A DNA stretch of 64,000 nucleotides from an uncultured delta proteobacterium (GCA_963727625.1 CAVSHR010000004.1:1280001-1344000); one strand, 5' to 3'; positions 1 through 10,500 are shown, counted from the first letter of the stretch. Translations and numbers: made by a program. The notes: generated from the letters alone by a model not told the origin.

Positions 1-230
1 TGAAGCGTGCCGGTAATGAAAAAAAGAAATAAGACCCAGGGCGAAACACGCGGCACACCGCCGCTCAGCAAGAGCACCGACCAGAGTCCCAACGCGTGGA
101 TCGTCACCGAGATCAGCGTCACCGTGATCGGCGTGGAGTAGCGCAAACCGCGCCGTGCTGAAATCCCCGAGGTGGCATAGGAGAGCGCCGCGGCAAGCGC
201 GATCAGTTGCGGCGGGATTTGTCCAAGCAT
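1..230 (-). CDS. DMT/EamA family transporter, N-terminal part (runs off the window edge)
   Basis: Hand translation from ATG at 230: MLGQIPPQLIALAAALSYATSGISARRGLRYSTPITVTLISVTIHALGLWSVLLLSGG...; hydrophobic EamA-type start; not in the ORF track. Confidence 0.75.
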   Translation of the reverse strand, partial: MLGQIPPQLIALAAALSYATSGISARRGLRYSTPITVTLISVTIHALGLWSVLLLSGGVPRVSPWVLFLFFITGTL

Positions 231-264
231 CAGACCGATTTAGCAAAGCAACCAACGCTTGCAG

Positions 265-1275
265 TTATTTTTCGATCTCCCGGACGATCGCCTCGGCAAA
301 TTTAGTCGTGCTGGCGCTGCCGCCGAGATCGGGGGTCATGACCTCGCCGCGCATCAACACTCGCTCCAACGCCAGCGTGATCCGATTGGCCGCGGCCTTT
401 TCAGATAAATGGCGCAGCATCAGCACCGCCGCCAGAATCATCGCCGATGGATTGGCGATATTTTTACCCTTGATATCCGGGGCGCTGCCATGGACGGTTT
501 CGAACAGCGCATGATGGTCGCCGAGGTTGGCGCCCGGCACGACGCCGAGCCCGCCGACAAGCCCCGCGGCCAAGTCGGACAAAATATCGCCGTAGAGATT
601 TTCCATGAGCAGGACGTCGAAGCGCCACGGATCGATGACCAGCTGCAGGCAAGCGTTGTCAACGATCACGTCACTGAAACCGATCGACTTGTACCCCTTC
701 GAGACTTTTCTGGCGCAATCCAGGAAAAGCCCGTCGCTCAGCTTCATGATGTTCGCCTTGTGCACCGCGGCGACTTTTTTGCGACCGTTGTTGCGCGCGA
801 AGTCAAAGGCGAATTTGGCGATCTTCGTGCATGCCCGCTCGGTCATGATTTTTAGACTTTCAACCACGCCCGGGATGACTTCGTGTTCGATGCCCGAATA
901 GAGCCCTTCGGTATTCTCCCGCACGACGATCAGATCGATGCCCTGATAGCGCGCCTTGACGCCGGGCAAATTTTTGATCGGCCGGAGATTCGCGTATAGA
1001 TTGAAAGTTTGGCGCAAGGCGACATTAACGCTGGAGAATCCCTCGCCAACCGGTGTGGTCACCGGCCCTTTGAGCGCCACGCGGTTTTTTTCAAACGAGT
1101 CCATCAGCGCTTGAGGAATCGTGGTCTTGTGTTTCTTGAGCGATTCGGCGCCGGCCAAGTACGGCTCCCAATCCACCTTCACGCCCGCCGCTTTGATAAT
1201 TTGCAACGTCGGCTTGGTCACTTCCGGACCGATTCCATCGCCGGGAATCAACGTGATTTTATGCTTCATTGACAT
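265..1275 (-). CDS. Isocitrate/isopropylmalate dehydrogenase family, NAD-dependent IDH-like
   Basis: ITLIPGDGIGPEV, RENTEGLYSG, VHKANIMK, NLYGDILSDLAAGLVGGLG, HGSAPDI motifs. Confidence 0.9.
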   Translation of the reverse strand: MSMKHKITLIPGDGIGPEVTKPTLQIIKAAGVKVDWEPYLAGAESLKKHKTTIPQALMDSFEKNRVALKGPVTTPVGEGFSSVNVALRQTFNLYANLRPIKNLPGVKARYQGIDLIVVRENTEGLYSGIEHEVIPGVVESLKIMTERACTKIAKFAFDFARNNGRKKVAAVHKANIMKLSDGLFLDCARKVSKGYKSIGFSDVIVDNACLQLVIDPWRFDVLLMENLYGDILSDLAAGLVGGLGVVPGANLGDHHALFETVHGSAPDIKGKNIANPSAMILAAVLMLRHLSEKAAANRITLALERVLMRGEVMTPDLGGSASTTKFAEAIVREIEK

Positions 1276-1414
1276 TTCCCTTTCGCAAAACGGCTCCCGC
1301 GCATGACAATTTTATACACGAAGCGAAAGGGAATAGCAGCTAAGCCCGGATGATCGCTCCCGCTCGCGTTGACATCCCGGAGCACGCTGGTTAGTTTGGC
1401 CGAAGCTTCTCTGC

Positions 1415-2752
1415 GTGAACGACGCCCACCGGAACTCTCCGTCTGGCCCTTTCCGCGACGCTGCGGCAGCGATGTTGAATAAGTTTACAATCCGTTTCCA
1501 AAGCATTTATTTCGGCTGGTGGATGGTCGCGATCGGCTCCGCCGTGCGCGTGCTAGCCGGCGGCCTGCACTATTACGGCTCCACCCTGTTCTTTTTGCCG
1601 GTGAGTCAAGAATTGGGCTTGAGCCGTGCCGCAACTTCTCTGGTTTTTTCTCTCTCGCGCGCGCAAGGCGCGCTAGAGGGTCCATTCGCCGGCTATATCA
1701 TCGACCGCCACGGTCCCCGTCCGGTGATGCTCGCCGCGATGTTTTTTACCGGTGTCGGCTATATGGCGCTGTCCGGCGTCCATAGTTTCACCGCGCTGCT
1801 GCTCGTGTACATGGGCCTCATCTCGCTCTCCTATCAGGCCGGCGTGATGGACGCGACCATGGCGATTCCGGCCAATTGGATCGTGCACAAACGCAGCATG
1901 GCGATGGCTTGGATGAGCGCGTCGATCGGTTTGGGCGGCATGCTGGTCACACCGCTGCTCGCCTATGCCGTGCACGCCTGGGGCTGGCGTTACGGCGCGT
2001 TGGCCGCCGGCATCGCGTTTGTAGTTGTGGGCATTCCGATCACCTTACCGTTGGTTCGTTCACCGGAGAGCATCGGGTTATCGCCAAGCGGCGACGCAGT
2101 CAGCGACAAGGAAAATTCACCACCTGCCGCCGCCCCCACGATTGCAGCGCCAGGCGACTTTACGCTCAAGCAAACCCTCGCCACCTGGCAATTTTGGCTG
2201 CTGCTAGCAGCGACGACTCTTCGAGTTTTTTGCGGAAGCACGATCACCGTCCACTTCGTGCCGATCATGACGTGGAAAGGGCTCACGCAACCCCAAGCCG
2301 CCGTGCTCTTGAGCGTCGCCGCCTCTCTCGCCCTTCCGGCGCACATGACCGTCGGATTTCTCGCCGACCGCTACAATCGTTCACGTGTCTTGGCGAGCTG
2401 CATGCTGGTTTCGCTTGCCGCCGTGCTACTCTTGATTCATGCGCATCATGAATGGCAGTTGTGGTTTTATCTGGTTTTATTTTCCGTTACCGAAACCGCC
2501 TTTCCGGTTACCTGGTCGATTATCGTCGATTTTTTCGGCCGCAAGAACTTCGCCAAAATCAGGGGAGCGATGAGCTTCATTTATACTTGGGGTGGTGTCG
2601 CTGGGCCCGTGGCCGCCGGTTTGATCTACGATCGGACGCAAAACTACGGCGTCATGCTCTGGTCGCTGGTGGCGGTTCTGGCGATCACCTCAATCGCTTA
2701 TAGCCTGGTAACTAAACCCCAGCTTCCTGCGACGCTCGACAGCAATGTCTGA
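1415..2752 (+). CDS. MFS transporter (OFA/MCT-like); true start may be ATG 1472
   Basis: About 12 TM helices; motif A variants GYIIDRHGPR and GFLADRYNRSR. Confidence 0.9.
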   Translation: MNDAHRNSPSGPFRDAAAAMLNKFTIRFQSIYFGWWMVAIGSAVRVLAGGLHYYGSTLFFLPVSQELGLSRAATSLVFSLSRAQGALEGPFAGYIIDRHGPRPVMLAAMFFTGVGYMALSGVHSFTALLLVYMGLISLSYQAGVMDATMAIPANWIVHKRSMAMAWMSASIGLGGMLVTPLLAYAVHAWGWRYGALAAGIAFVVVGIPITLPLVRSPESIGLSPSGDAVSDKENSPPAAAPTIAAPGDFTLKQTLATWQFWLLLAATTLRVFCGSTITVHFVPIMTWKGLTQPQAAVLLSVAASLALPAHMTVGFLADRYNRSRVLASCMLVSLAAVLLLIHAHHEWQLWFYLVLFSVTETAFPVTWSIIVDFFGRKNFAKIRGAMSFIYTWGGVAGPVAAGLIYDRTQNYGVMLWSLVAVLAITSIAYSLVTKPQLPATLDSNV

Positions 2753-3206
2753 AGTGACCGATTTAGACCGTCACCGTTTCAAGACCTGGTTGCTGGTTAT
2801 AATCTGGGCGGCGCTGATTTTCCTTTTTTCCACCGAAACTTTTTCCAGCGACAACACCGCGAGCGTTTTTGCGCCTTGGCTCCGTTGGACGTTCCCGACG
2901 TGGTCCAACGACGCCGTCGAACTGGCGCACCATATGATTCGGAAGCTCGGCCATCTGAGCGAATATTTTATCCTCGCGTTATTGCTTTCGCGCGCGCTGC
3001 GCGCACAGATGGACGGAATTCACGGCAAAAGGCAAAGCTTATTCGCCATCGGCCTCATCGCTCTTTATTCTATGAGCGACGAGCTGCATCAGGTCTTCGT
3101 GCCGGGCCGGACTCCCAGTCTTGGCGATGTCTTAATTGACGTCTGCGGCGGCCTTGCCGGCGTACTCTGCTTCCGTTTCTGGAACTCCCGGAACAAAGCT
3201 GTTTAG
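2745..3206 (+). CDS. VanZ family membrane protein
   Basis: IRKLGHLSEYFIL and SDELHQVFVPGRTPSLGDVLID motifs; overlaps the MFS stop. Confidence 0.9.
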   Translation: MSEVTDLDRHRFKTWLLVIIWAALIFLFSTETFSSDNTASVFAPWLRWTFPTWSNDAVELAHHMIRKLGHLSEYFILALLLSRALRAQMDGIHGKRQSLFAIGLIALYSMSDELHQVFVPGRTPSLGDVLIDVCGGLAGVLCFRFWNSRNKAV

Positions 3207-3315
3207 ACTAAATGGCGGCGCGTCCAACGATCGGCGGCAAACACAAAAAATTCTTGACAATCCCCGATTAAAACTAGAGGATAATAAAAATCGATTATAA
3301 AATTGGAACTGAGGG

Positions 3316-3885
3316 ATGATCGTGCGCCGATACTGGGATTTTGTCGTCGGATTTCTCCGGATTTCGGTTTTAGCAGGGTTGATGTGGAGCCTGGCAAGCT
3401 GCTCAACATCGGGTTCGCCGAAGCCTGGGTTGGGCTATTCTCCCGAGTTCGGGGCTAATCCCGCCAACGTATCCGCGCGCTCGCCTTCGGCGATGGAGGC
3501 GATCAGCCGCGGGGTCGCCGCGGTTACGCCGCCCGGCGCACCGCTGAAGGATATTTACTACGAATTCGACAGCGTCGAGATCGAGCCCAAGGCTCAGGAG
3601 ATTTTGAAATCCAACGCCGAGTGGTTGAAGGCGCACCCGACCGCTCGCGTCGAGGTCGAGGGCCATTGCGACGATATTGGTTCGGCGGAGTACAACCTCG
3701 CCCTCGGCGCGAAGCGCGCCCAAACCGCCAAGGATTTTCTCGTCAGCCAAGGCATCTCCGCCGATCGACTAGTGACGATCAGCTACGGCAAGGAAGCCCC
3801 CGCCTGCTTCGAACACACCGAATCCTGCCGCGTTAAAAACCGCCGTGCCCGCTTCGTCATGTTCACCGAAGTGCCGACGTCTTAA
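3316..3885 (+). CDS. pal: Peptidoglycan-associated lipoprotein (OmpA_C domain)
   Basis: Lipobox LASC; VEGHCDDIGSAEYNLALGAKRA, ISYGKEAP, NRRA motifs. Confidence 0.85.
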   Translation: MIVRRYWDFVVGFLRISVLAGLMWSLASCSTSGSPKPGLGYSPEFGANPANVSARSPSAMEAISRGVAAVTPPGAPLKDIYYEFDSVEIEPKAQEILKSNAEWLKAHPTARVEVEGHCDDIGSAEYNLALGAKRAQTAKDFLVSQGISADRLVTISYGKEAPACFEHTESCRVKNRRARFVMFTEVPTS

Positions 3886-4062
3886 GTCAATGCGCTGAGT
3901 GGTATTCCGAGCCGGAGAATCCACTTCGTAAGACGGCATTGCCACTCTAGACGCGCAAAGATTCCTACGCTTCAACTCGTTGAATTCCTTCGTATTTCTA
4001 TAGTTGAAAGTTTTCGCGGATTGCGCAATTTTTGTTGCCTATTGGTTTGAATACTGGATTTG

Positions 4063-4150
4063 CTCCCGCCAAGCCTGTCTTGAGCGAAATCGAAAGTACG
4101 CCAAGTACGGAATATTTTTTACCTTTGCAGCCCTGGCGTCTTGGCGGGAG
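4063..4150. repeat. Palindromic intergenic element with a nested second repeat
   Basis: Perfect 11 bp terminal inverted repeat CTCCCGCCAAG/CTTGGCGGGAG; internal CGCCAAG copy; inner CCTGTCTTGAGCGAAATCGAAAG unit. Confidence 0.65.
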
Positions 4151-4242
4151 ATATTCCGAGTTTTGGTTGCGGCTCTGCCGTGCGGGATTCTTCCTCGTGA
4201 TATCGAGTCACACCGTGATCTGATGATCACGTTTTACGCTCA

Positions 4243-6828
4243 TCATTCGTATCCGATTGCGGTGACGATCGTAGTCGACGCCGCTTGTCGCGCCGGGCCG
4301 TAGCCGGCCGAGAGGCACAGAATGACCGAGGCGAAAATCGACAGCACCGCAATGTCGTAGGGATAATAAAACTGGAAAGTCCAGCCGGTAAGCTCCTTGG
4401 TGTTGTAGACGACATGGTGATAGGCCATCACCGTGCCGGCGAACAGTCCAAGCAGTCCGCCGATGAGCCCCATCCAACCGGCTTCGGCCATAACGATGCG
4501 CCGCACTTGTAATTGAGTCGCGCCGATCGCGCGCAAAACACCGATCTCGCGCGTGCGGTCGAGCACCGAGGCCAGAAGTGTATTGATCACGCTGAAGATG
4601 GCGACGATCACCGCGACGATTTCGACGGCGTAATTGACCACAAAGGACTGCTCCATGATTTTCACCACCGCATCTCTGAGCTCGCGGTGTGTGCTGATGA
4701 AAAGCTGATACTTCTCGCCGTGCCGTTGCTTGATCGTCTGAATAATCTGCCGCTGGTCGGCACCGGGAGCAAGCCAGAGGTCAAAAGCGTCAAGCAGGTC
4801 GTCTTTCCAGTATTTTTTGTAAAGCGATCGATCGAGCAGCACGCTGCCCGAGTCCGAGGAATAATCGACGTAAACGCCAAGCACCAGAAAGGAGATCAAG
4901 CCTGACGGGGTGACCAACTTTAGCCTATCGCCCCGGCCGATGCCGAATTTACTCTGAAAGCTTTCGCTGACAATAACGCCTTTCCCTTCGCCCATTTCAA
5001 TCAGCGCCTGCTTACCGTCGCCGCCTGCCATGGGCAGATTCCTGACGCGCGCCGAATCCCGCGCCGAAAAGGATTCGATCAAGATCGGCTTGCCAAGATA
5101 GCTCGAACGAATCAGCCGGTAGAGGTCAACCACGTCGATCCCGGGAATTTTCCGCAACTCCGGCAGCAAGTCTTCGCGCAGCGGCACGTTTTTAGGGCCG
5201 GCGGTGCGTGCGCCGGAACTGACGATCAAATCCGCCGTGACCATTTGATCGACCCAGGCAAGCAAAGAGCCGCGCACGCTGTTGACGAAGGTGGCGATCG
5301 TGAAGATCGCCGCCAAACTTATCACCATCGTCGCCACGGTGATGCCGGAGCGAATCGGATTACGGAACAGACTATCCGAGGCCAAGCGCAACTCGACCCT
5401 AGATAGACCCGGTATACCAAGCTTCGACTGGCGAAACCGGCGCACCGCGAAGCTAATGATTACCGGGCAGAAAGCCGCCACGCCGAGCAGGAATACCAGC
5501 ATGCCGATGACACCGACGCTGAATCTCGCAACCGAACCGCTGACCGCCGGAGCGCTCAGCAACAACGTGGGCGCCATGACAAAGCAGATTATCCCGAGGC
5601 GATTGGGCCACGACATCTTTGCGCGCCCGGCAGGTTGCCAGGCCGCCTGGCGGACGTTTTCCAACGGGCTGACCCGGATCGCCTCCCAGGCCGGTTGCAA
5701 AGCCGCGAGGACGGCGACGCCGACGCCGCTACCCAGGCCGAGCAAGGATTCGCGCAGGGTAAATTCGCCACGCGCCAGATCCATCAGCGAAAAAAGGTTG
5801 CCGACCGTTTCGCCCACTGCGACCAGCGCCGCCCGAGCCAAGAGCCAACCGAGCAACGCGCCGAAAATCGACCCCGCGAGCGCCAAAAGCAAAGCCTCCG
5901 CGATGATCAGGCGCAACAGCTCGCTGCGTTTCATGCCCAGGCAGCGCAGCGTGCCGATTTCCTTCTTACGCTGGATCACGGATACAGACACGGTGTTGTA
6001 GATCAGAAAAAAGCCGACGAAGAGCGCGATCAAGCTCACGAAGAAAAGCCCGACGCGAAACGAGGTGAGCAAGAGCTCAATTTGCTCGCCGCGCTTGCGC
6101 GGCCGCTCCACCTCTGCCGCGCCGTTCAAGCGCTCGCGCAGGCGCCGCTGCAGCGTTTCAACCGAGGCGCCCGGTTCCACGGTCAAATCGACAATGTCGA
6201 GCTTGCCCTCTTTACCGAACACGCGCTGCGCCACCGGCAAGTCCATCAGCGCGAAGCTGCCGCCGAAAACTTTGGCCGTTCCCTGCTCTTTGAGCAGTGC
6301 CCGCACCGTGAATGCACGCCGGCCCTCGCTGGTAAGAACGCTGATCGTCGAGCCGATCGGCAACTTGAGCCGGCGCGCGAAGGATTCGGTGAGTGCGATG
6401 GAGTCGGACTGGGCAATAAAATCGAGCGCCTGATCGAAGCCGAACTGTGCCTCGGCAAACTGGTGCTCGCGGATGGTGAAGTCGGTGAGCAGATCGACCC
6501 CGTAAACGTACAACCGCTCTCCCGGCGCCCCGACCACCGGTAGAAAACCTTCCACCGCAGACGCGGCGTCTTGAACCCCGGCAGTGTCGCGAATGATCGG
6601 ATAGAGCGACTCGGCGATGCCGCTTTCGCCGTTGGCCACTTGCAACACCGCCTTGCCGGCGATTCGATCGATGGTCAATTGAAAGGAAGTCGTCAGCGAT
6701 CGATTCACCACGGCAATGGCGACCACCACTGCCACGCCGAGAGCGATGCCAAAAAAAGTCAGCGCGGTGCGCAGTCGGTGGCGCGTCACGTGGCGCCACG
6801 ACACCGTCATCAATAAGCGAAAGATCAC
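4243..6828 (-). CDS. ABC transporter permease, double MacB-PCD/FtsX type
   Basis: RTALTFFGIALGVAV, QRKKEIGTLRCLG and DRTREIGVLRAIGAT repeats; GTG start at 6828 overlaps the ATPase TGA. Confidence 0.9.
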   Translation of the reverse strand: MIFRLLMTVSWRHVTRHRLRTALTFFGIALGVAVVVAIAVVNRSLTTSFQLTIDRIAGKAVLQVANGESGIAESLYPIIRDTAGVQDAASAVEGFLPVVGAPGERLYVYGVDLLTDFTIREHQFAEAQFGFDQALDFIAQSDSIALTESFARRLKLPIGSTISVLTSEGRRAFTVRALLKEQGTAKVFGGSFALMDLPVAQRVFGKEGKLDIVDLTVEPGASVETLQRRLRERLNGAAEVERPRKRGEQIELLLTSFRVGLFFVSLIALFVGFFLIYNTVSVSVIQRKKEIGTLRCLGMKRSELLRLIIAEALLLALAGSIFGALLGWLLARAALVAVGETVGNLFSLMDLARGEFTLRESLLGLGSGVGVAVLAALQPAWEAIRVSPLENVRQAAWQPAGRAKMSWPNRLGIICFVMAPTLLLSAPAVSGSVARFSVGVIGMLVFLLGVAAFCPVIISFAVRRFRQSKLGIPGLSRVELRLASDSLFRNPIRSGITVATMVISLAAIFTIATFVNSVRGSLLAWVDQMVTADLIVSSGARTAGPKNVPLREDLLPELRKIPGIDVVDLYRLIRSSYLGKPILIESFSARDSARVRNLPMAGGDGKQALIEMGEGKGVIVSESFQSKFGIGRGDRLKLVTPSGLISFLVLGVYVDYSSDSGSVLLDRSLYKKYWKDDLLDAFDLWLAPGADQRQIIQTIKQRHGEKYQLFISTHRELRDAVVKIMEQSFVVNYAVEIVAVIVAIFSVINTLLASVLDRTREIGVLRAIGATQLQVRRIVMAEAGWMGLIGGLLGLFAGTVMAYHHVVYNTKELTGWTFQFYYPYDIAVLSIFASVILCLSAGYGPARQAASTTIVTAIGYE

Positions 6829-7499
6829 GGCACTTCTTTCTCGGTGCGGCCGTCGCGCAGATAAATTCTCCGATCGCCATAGCCCGCCGACTCTTCGCTG
6901 TGCGTCACCATGACCACGGTGCAACCGTCTTCCTTGCTGATCCGGCGCAGCAGGGACAGGATCGCCGTGCCGTTTTTTGAATCAAGATTTCCGGTGGGCT
7001 CGTCGGCGAGAAGGATCGGCGGGGCGAAGGCCAGCGCACGGGCCATGGCGACCCGCTGGATTTCTCCGCCCGAAAGCTCTTCCGGCAAGTGAGTCTTACG
7101 CTCGGCCAAGTCAACCTTATCGAGAAGCGCCTGCGCGCGCTGCTCGGATTCTGTCTTCGATCGGCCGTCGAGCATCAAGGGCAGCGCAACGTTTTCAATG
7201 GCCGTTAGCGTCGGCAGCAAATTGAAGAATTGAAACACAAAGCCGATCTTTTTACGGCGAAACAGCGTCACCTGGTCGTCCGCCATCTGACCGATGAGCC
7301 GGCCGTCGACCAGCAGATCACCGCTGCTCGGTCGATCGAGGCCGCCGATCAAGTGCAGCAGCGTGCTCTTGCCAGAGCCGCTCGGCCCCATGATTACAGC
7401 GAACATACCTTGGCCGATATCCAACGAAACTCCCGCCAGCGCGGTGATTTCGTTTTCGCCCTGTTTATAGACTTTGCGGACGTCGAGGCAGCGGATCAT
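6825..7499 (-). CDS. ABC transporter ATP-binding protein (LolD/MacB type)
   Basis: GPSGSGKST, LSGGE, ILLADEPTGNLD, VTH. Confidence 0.95.
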   Translation of the reverse strand: MIRCLDVRKVYKQGENEITALAGVSLDIGQGMFAVIMGPSGSGKSTLLHLIGGLDRPSSGDLLVDGRLIGQMADDQVTLFRRKKIGFVFQFFNLLPTLTAIENVALPLMLDGRSKTESEQRAQALLDKVDLAERKTHLPEELSGGEIQRVAMARALAFAPPILLADEPTGNLDSKNGTAILSLLRRISKEDGCTVVMVTHSEESAGYGDRRIYLRDGRTEKEVP

Positions 7500-7509
7500 G
7501 CGTGGGAGG

Positions 7510-7902
7510 CTAGCAGATCATTTGGATGGTCGGCGGCGTCAGCTCGAGAGATTCGCTGGCGCCCCGCTGGTTGGATTCGAGCTCCGCAAGGTTTTCTTTG
7601 ACGGAGTTGATCAGCGAGTCGACATTGATGCCGAGAAAAACCGGACCATAAATTTCCAGCTTCTCAACCCCGGTGCGCCAGAGCTTGAGCGCGCCAGCCG
7701 GCACGCCTTGCTCCAGCTTGAAATAGCCTGCGGCCACCTGGATCAGGCCCTGGTAGAATCTACGGTCGTCGCCATGCTCTTCCAACCAGATTTCCTCCAG
7801 CGTCTCGTGACACTCGAAAAACAGCTGCTGATTGAATTCCTCGATGCCCCGTAAAAAGCGCGGATCGTTCTGCGGTTCATTCATTGTGATCGTCCGGACC
7901 AA
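7510..7902 (-). CDS. DUF309 domain protein
   Basis: GIEEFNQQLFFECHETLEEIW...FYQGLIQVAAG signature. Confidence 0.85.
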   Translation of the reverse strand: MVRTITMNEPQNDPRFLRGIEEFNQQLFFECHETLEEIWLEEHGDDRRFYQGLIQVAAGYFKLEQGVPAGALKLWRTGVEKLEIYGPVFLGINVDSLINSVKENLAELESNQRGASESLELTPPTIQMIC

Positions 7903-8014
7903 ATTCTTAAGTCAGCGTGGGCGTCAAGATTCCCAAGCTCGCTGGTCAGGTCTTTTGGCCCTGCTCGTCAGCCGCGGTTTATATCGCTTGGGCTTGTTGC
8001 TACCATCGCCACGA

Positions 8015-9304
8015 ATGACCCAGCCTAACCCGAAAAATGAAGTGACGCTAGAGATCCATGGGCTTTCCTACGGGCCCTACGGCATCGGCCGAGTCGAGGG
8101 CAGAGTTTTGATGGTGCCGCATACTGCCCCTGGCGATACCATCACCGCCCGGATTGTCGAAGATCACGAGCGTTTTTCGATCGGCCAATTGGTCCGTGTG
8201 CTTAAGCCTTCGCCACAGCGTCGCACGCCCCCCTGCCCTTACGTTGGCGACTGCGGCGGTTGCGCCTGGCAGCACCTGGGCTATGCAGCGCAGATCCAGG
8301 CAAAGCAGCAAAGTGTAGACGACGCTCTGCGCCGTATCGGCAAGCTCGCCGATTTCGAGTTGCGACCGATCATTCCCTCAGCCGAAGAATTTTACTATCG
8401 CCGGCGCATCCGCTTGCAAGTCGGCCCGGCGAACCGGCTCGGCTTTTTCGGTCCATCCTCCCATCATCTGGTGGAAATCGATTATTGCCGCATCGCCGAC
8501 GAGCGGCTTAATCGCGTCCTCGAAACACTGCGGCCCTGGGCGGGTAATTTACTCACTCCCATCGACCATCTGGAGATCGTGGCCGGCGACGAGGCCGAAC
8601 AGCTCGTGGTCGCCGTCCGCGCCGCCGGCCCCTTCGTGCCCCGCGACCAAGCCGCATGCAAAACCCTGATCGACGAGAAGGATGGAATTCGCGGCTTGAT
8701 CTTCGCCGGCCGCGACTGGCGCAGGAGCTGGGGCCAGCCGGCGATCACGGTTCGATTGCAGAACGAGCTTGCACTGCGCGTCGACGCCGACGTCTTCACT
8801 CAGGTCAATCCACAAGGCAACCGGCTCATGCTCGAAGCCCTGCTCGACGCCGGTGAATTTCACCGGGACGAGCGGTTGCTCGAGCTTTTCTGCGGCCCCG
8901 GTAATTTTACCCTGGCTTTGGCGCGGCAAAGCGAAGCGGTGGTCGCGGTGGAGAACCACCGGCCGGCGATCGCCAACGGCAAGCTCAATGCGCAAAGGAA
9001 CGGCATCGAAAATATTCGCTGGATGTGCGCACCGGTGCCGCGGGCCGTGGCCGATCTCAACAAGCGTCGGGCGCGCTTTGCCAAGATAGTTCTCGATCCG
9101 CCGCGCACCGGCGCCAAGGGCATCGAAGCGGAACTCGCAGCGTTGGGCGCCGAGAAAATATTCTATATTTCCTGTAACCCGGCGACGCTGGCGCGCGACG
9201 TTGCCGCACTCGCCAAGCTTGGTTACAAACTTCGCACGGTCCAGCCCATCGACCTGTTCCCGCAGACTTTTCATGTCGAAGCTCTGGCCGTACTGGAGTA
9301 CTGA
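8015..9304 (+). CDS. rlmD: 23S rRNA (uracil-C5)-methyltransferase, TRAM domain
   Basis: TRAM N-terminus; CPYVGDCGGC Fe-S motif; FTQVN, LDPPRTG, ISCNPATLARD, DLFPQTFHVE; start taken at ATG 8015. Confidence 0.85.
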   Translation: MTQPNPKNEVTLEIHGLSYGPYGIGRVEGRVLMVPHTAPGDTITARIVEDHERFSIGQLVRVLKPSPQRRTPPCPYVGDCGGCAWQHLGYAAQIQAKQQSVDDALRRIGKLADFELRPIIPSAEEFYYRRRIRLQVGPANRLGFFGPSSHHLVEIDYCRIADERLNRVLETLRPWAGNLLTPIDHLEIVAGDEAEQLVVAVRAAGPFVPRDQAACKTLIDEKDGIRGLIFAGRDWRRSWGQPAITVRLQNELALRVDADVFTQVNPQGNRLMLEALLDAGEFHRDERLLELFCGPGNFTLALARQSEAVVAVENHRPAIANGKLNAQRNGIENIRWMCAPVPRAVADLNKRRARFAKIVLDPPRTGAKGIEAELAALGAEKIFYISCNPATLARDVAALAKLGYKLRTVQPIDLFPQTFHVEALAVLEY

Positions 9305-9332
9305 AGCAAAGCACGAACGAGAGGAGGATAAC

Positions 9333-10340
9333 ATGACGACCCCAACCGCGAAGCCAGCCATCGATATCCATCACCACTACATGCCAATCCAATTAATCGA
9401 AGAAACTCAACACCACGGCAAGGTGTTGGGCGTAGCCGTCAGCGAAGAGCGTGGCAGCTACGCGCTATCTTTCGCCGGTAGCAGGCCGCACCGGCTGCAA
9501 CCGCCGATCTTTGACGTGGAAGGGCATATCGCCGTGATGGATCAAGGCCGGGTCAGCATGGCGACGCTCGAGGCCAACACCAACAGTCTCGGTTACCGGC
9601 TTACCGGCGAACAAGGCGAAGCCTGGTGTAAACTCTACAACGACTGCGTCAGCACGCTGACCAAGCAACGGCCCGACCGTTTCGTCGGCATGGCCACCGT
9701 GCCCCTGCAGGAGCCGCGACGCGCGGCCAAAGTTTTGGAGCAGGCGATCACGAAGCTCAACTTCCGCGGCATTTTCATCGGCACCAACGTCAACGGCCAG
9801 TATTACAACACCCCAGAGTTCGATCCGTTCTGGGCCAAGGCGGAAGAGCTGGACTTGCTCGTGGTCATCCACCCTGAGCATATCGCCGGCGCAGAACGCA
9901 TGACCGAGTTCGGTCTCAACGCGGTCTGCGGCAACCCTGCCGACTCGACCCTCTGCCTCGGCTACATGCTCTACAGCGGCGTATTCGACCGCTTTCCGAG
10001 GCTTAAAATTTGCGCGCTCCACGGAGGCGGCTTTCTGCCTTATCATCTCGGCAGGTTCGACAAAGAGTTCGAAACCGGCAGGAATGTGCGTCCAGCCCAG
10101 GCGACAAAGCCGCCCAGCGCCTATTTGAAAAATCTTTACTTCGACACCCTGGTTTACGACGTCGACACGCTCGAATACTTGAAGGCCAAAGTCGGCGCCG
10201 ACCGTCTTATGCTTGGGACGGATTATCCCTACACCTTGGGCGACTGGCTCGGCGTGGAAAAAATCCAGGCGCTGAACTGCGCCCAAGCCGACAAAGACGC
10301 GATCCTCGAAGGCAACGCCCGGCGCTTGTTCAAATTATAG
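9333..10340 (+). CDS. Amidohydrolase-2 family, ACMSD/decarboxylase-like
   Basis: DIHHHY, VVIHP, LHGGGFLPY, LGTDYPY; RBS GAGGAGG before ATG 9333. Confidence 0.9.
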   Translation: MTTPTAKPAIDIHHHYMPIQLIEETQHHGKVLGVAVSEERGSYALSFAGSRPHRLQPPIFDVEGHIAVMDQGRVSMATLEANTNSLGYRLTGEQGEAWCKLYNDCVSTLTKQRPDRFVGMATVPLQEPRRAAKVLEQAITKLNFRGIFIGTNVNGQYYNTPEFDPFWAKAEELDLLVVIHPEHIAGAERMTEFGLNAVCGNPADSTLCLGYMLYSGVFDRFPRLKICALHGGGFLPYHLGRFDKEFETGRNVRPAQATKPPSAYLKNLYFDTLVYDVDTLEYLKAKVGADRLMLGTDYPYTLGDWLGVEKIQALNCAQADKDAILEGNARRLFKL

Positions 10341-10363
10341 GGCGCGATAAATCACGCCCCTAC
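10338..10363. repeat. GTAG-type REP-like palindrome
   Basis: TAGGGCGCGATAAATCACGCCCCTAC hairpin ending in CTAC (GTAG on the minus strand). Confidence 0.55.
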
Positions 10364-10369
10364 GAAGAT

Positions 10370-10498
10370 TTGACCGTCTGACCATTTGAATCGACTAAAA
10401 CGATTGGACCCGACCGATCAAACGTCTTGAACATTTTGAACGGCTTGAAAGAACTGCCCGAACCCCTTGAACTTTTGAACCTTGAACCCTTGAACGGC
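10370..10498. repeat. Imperfect ~9 bp TTGAACnnn tandem array
   Basis: ttgaacatt ttgaacggc ttgaaagaa ... ttgaactt ttgaacc ttgaaccc ttgaacggc. Confidence 0.8.
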
Positions 10499-10500
10499 CG

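Noticed and set aside
2745-3206. vanZ as glycopeptide resistance
   Set aside because: No van cluster; the family is ubiquitous.
10370-10498. Repeat array as CRISPR
   Set aside because: Units are ~9 bp with no 25-45 bp spacers, and there are no cas genes.
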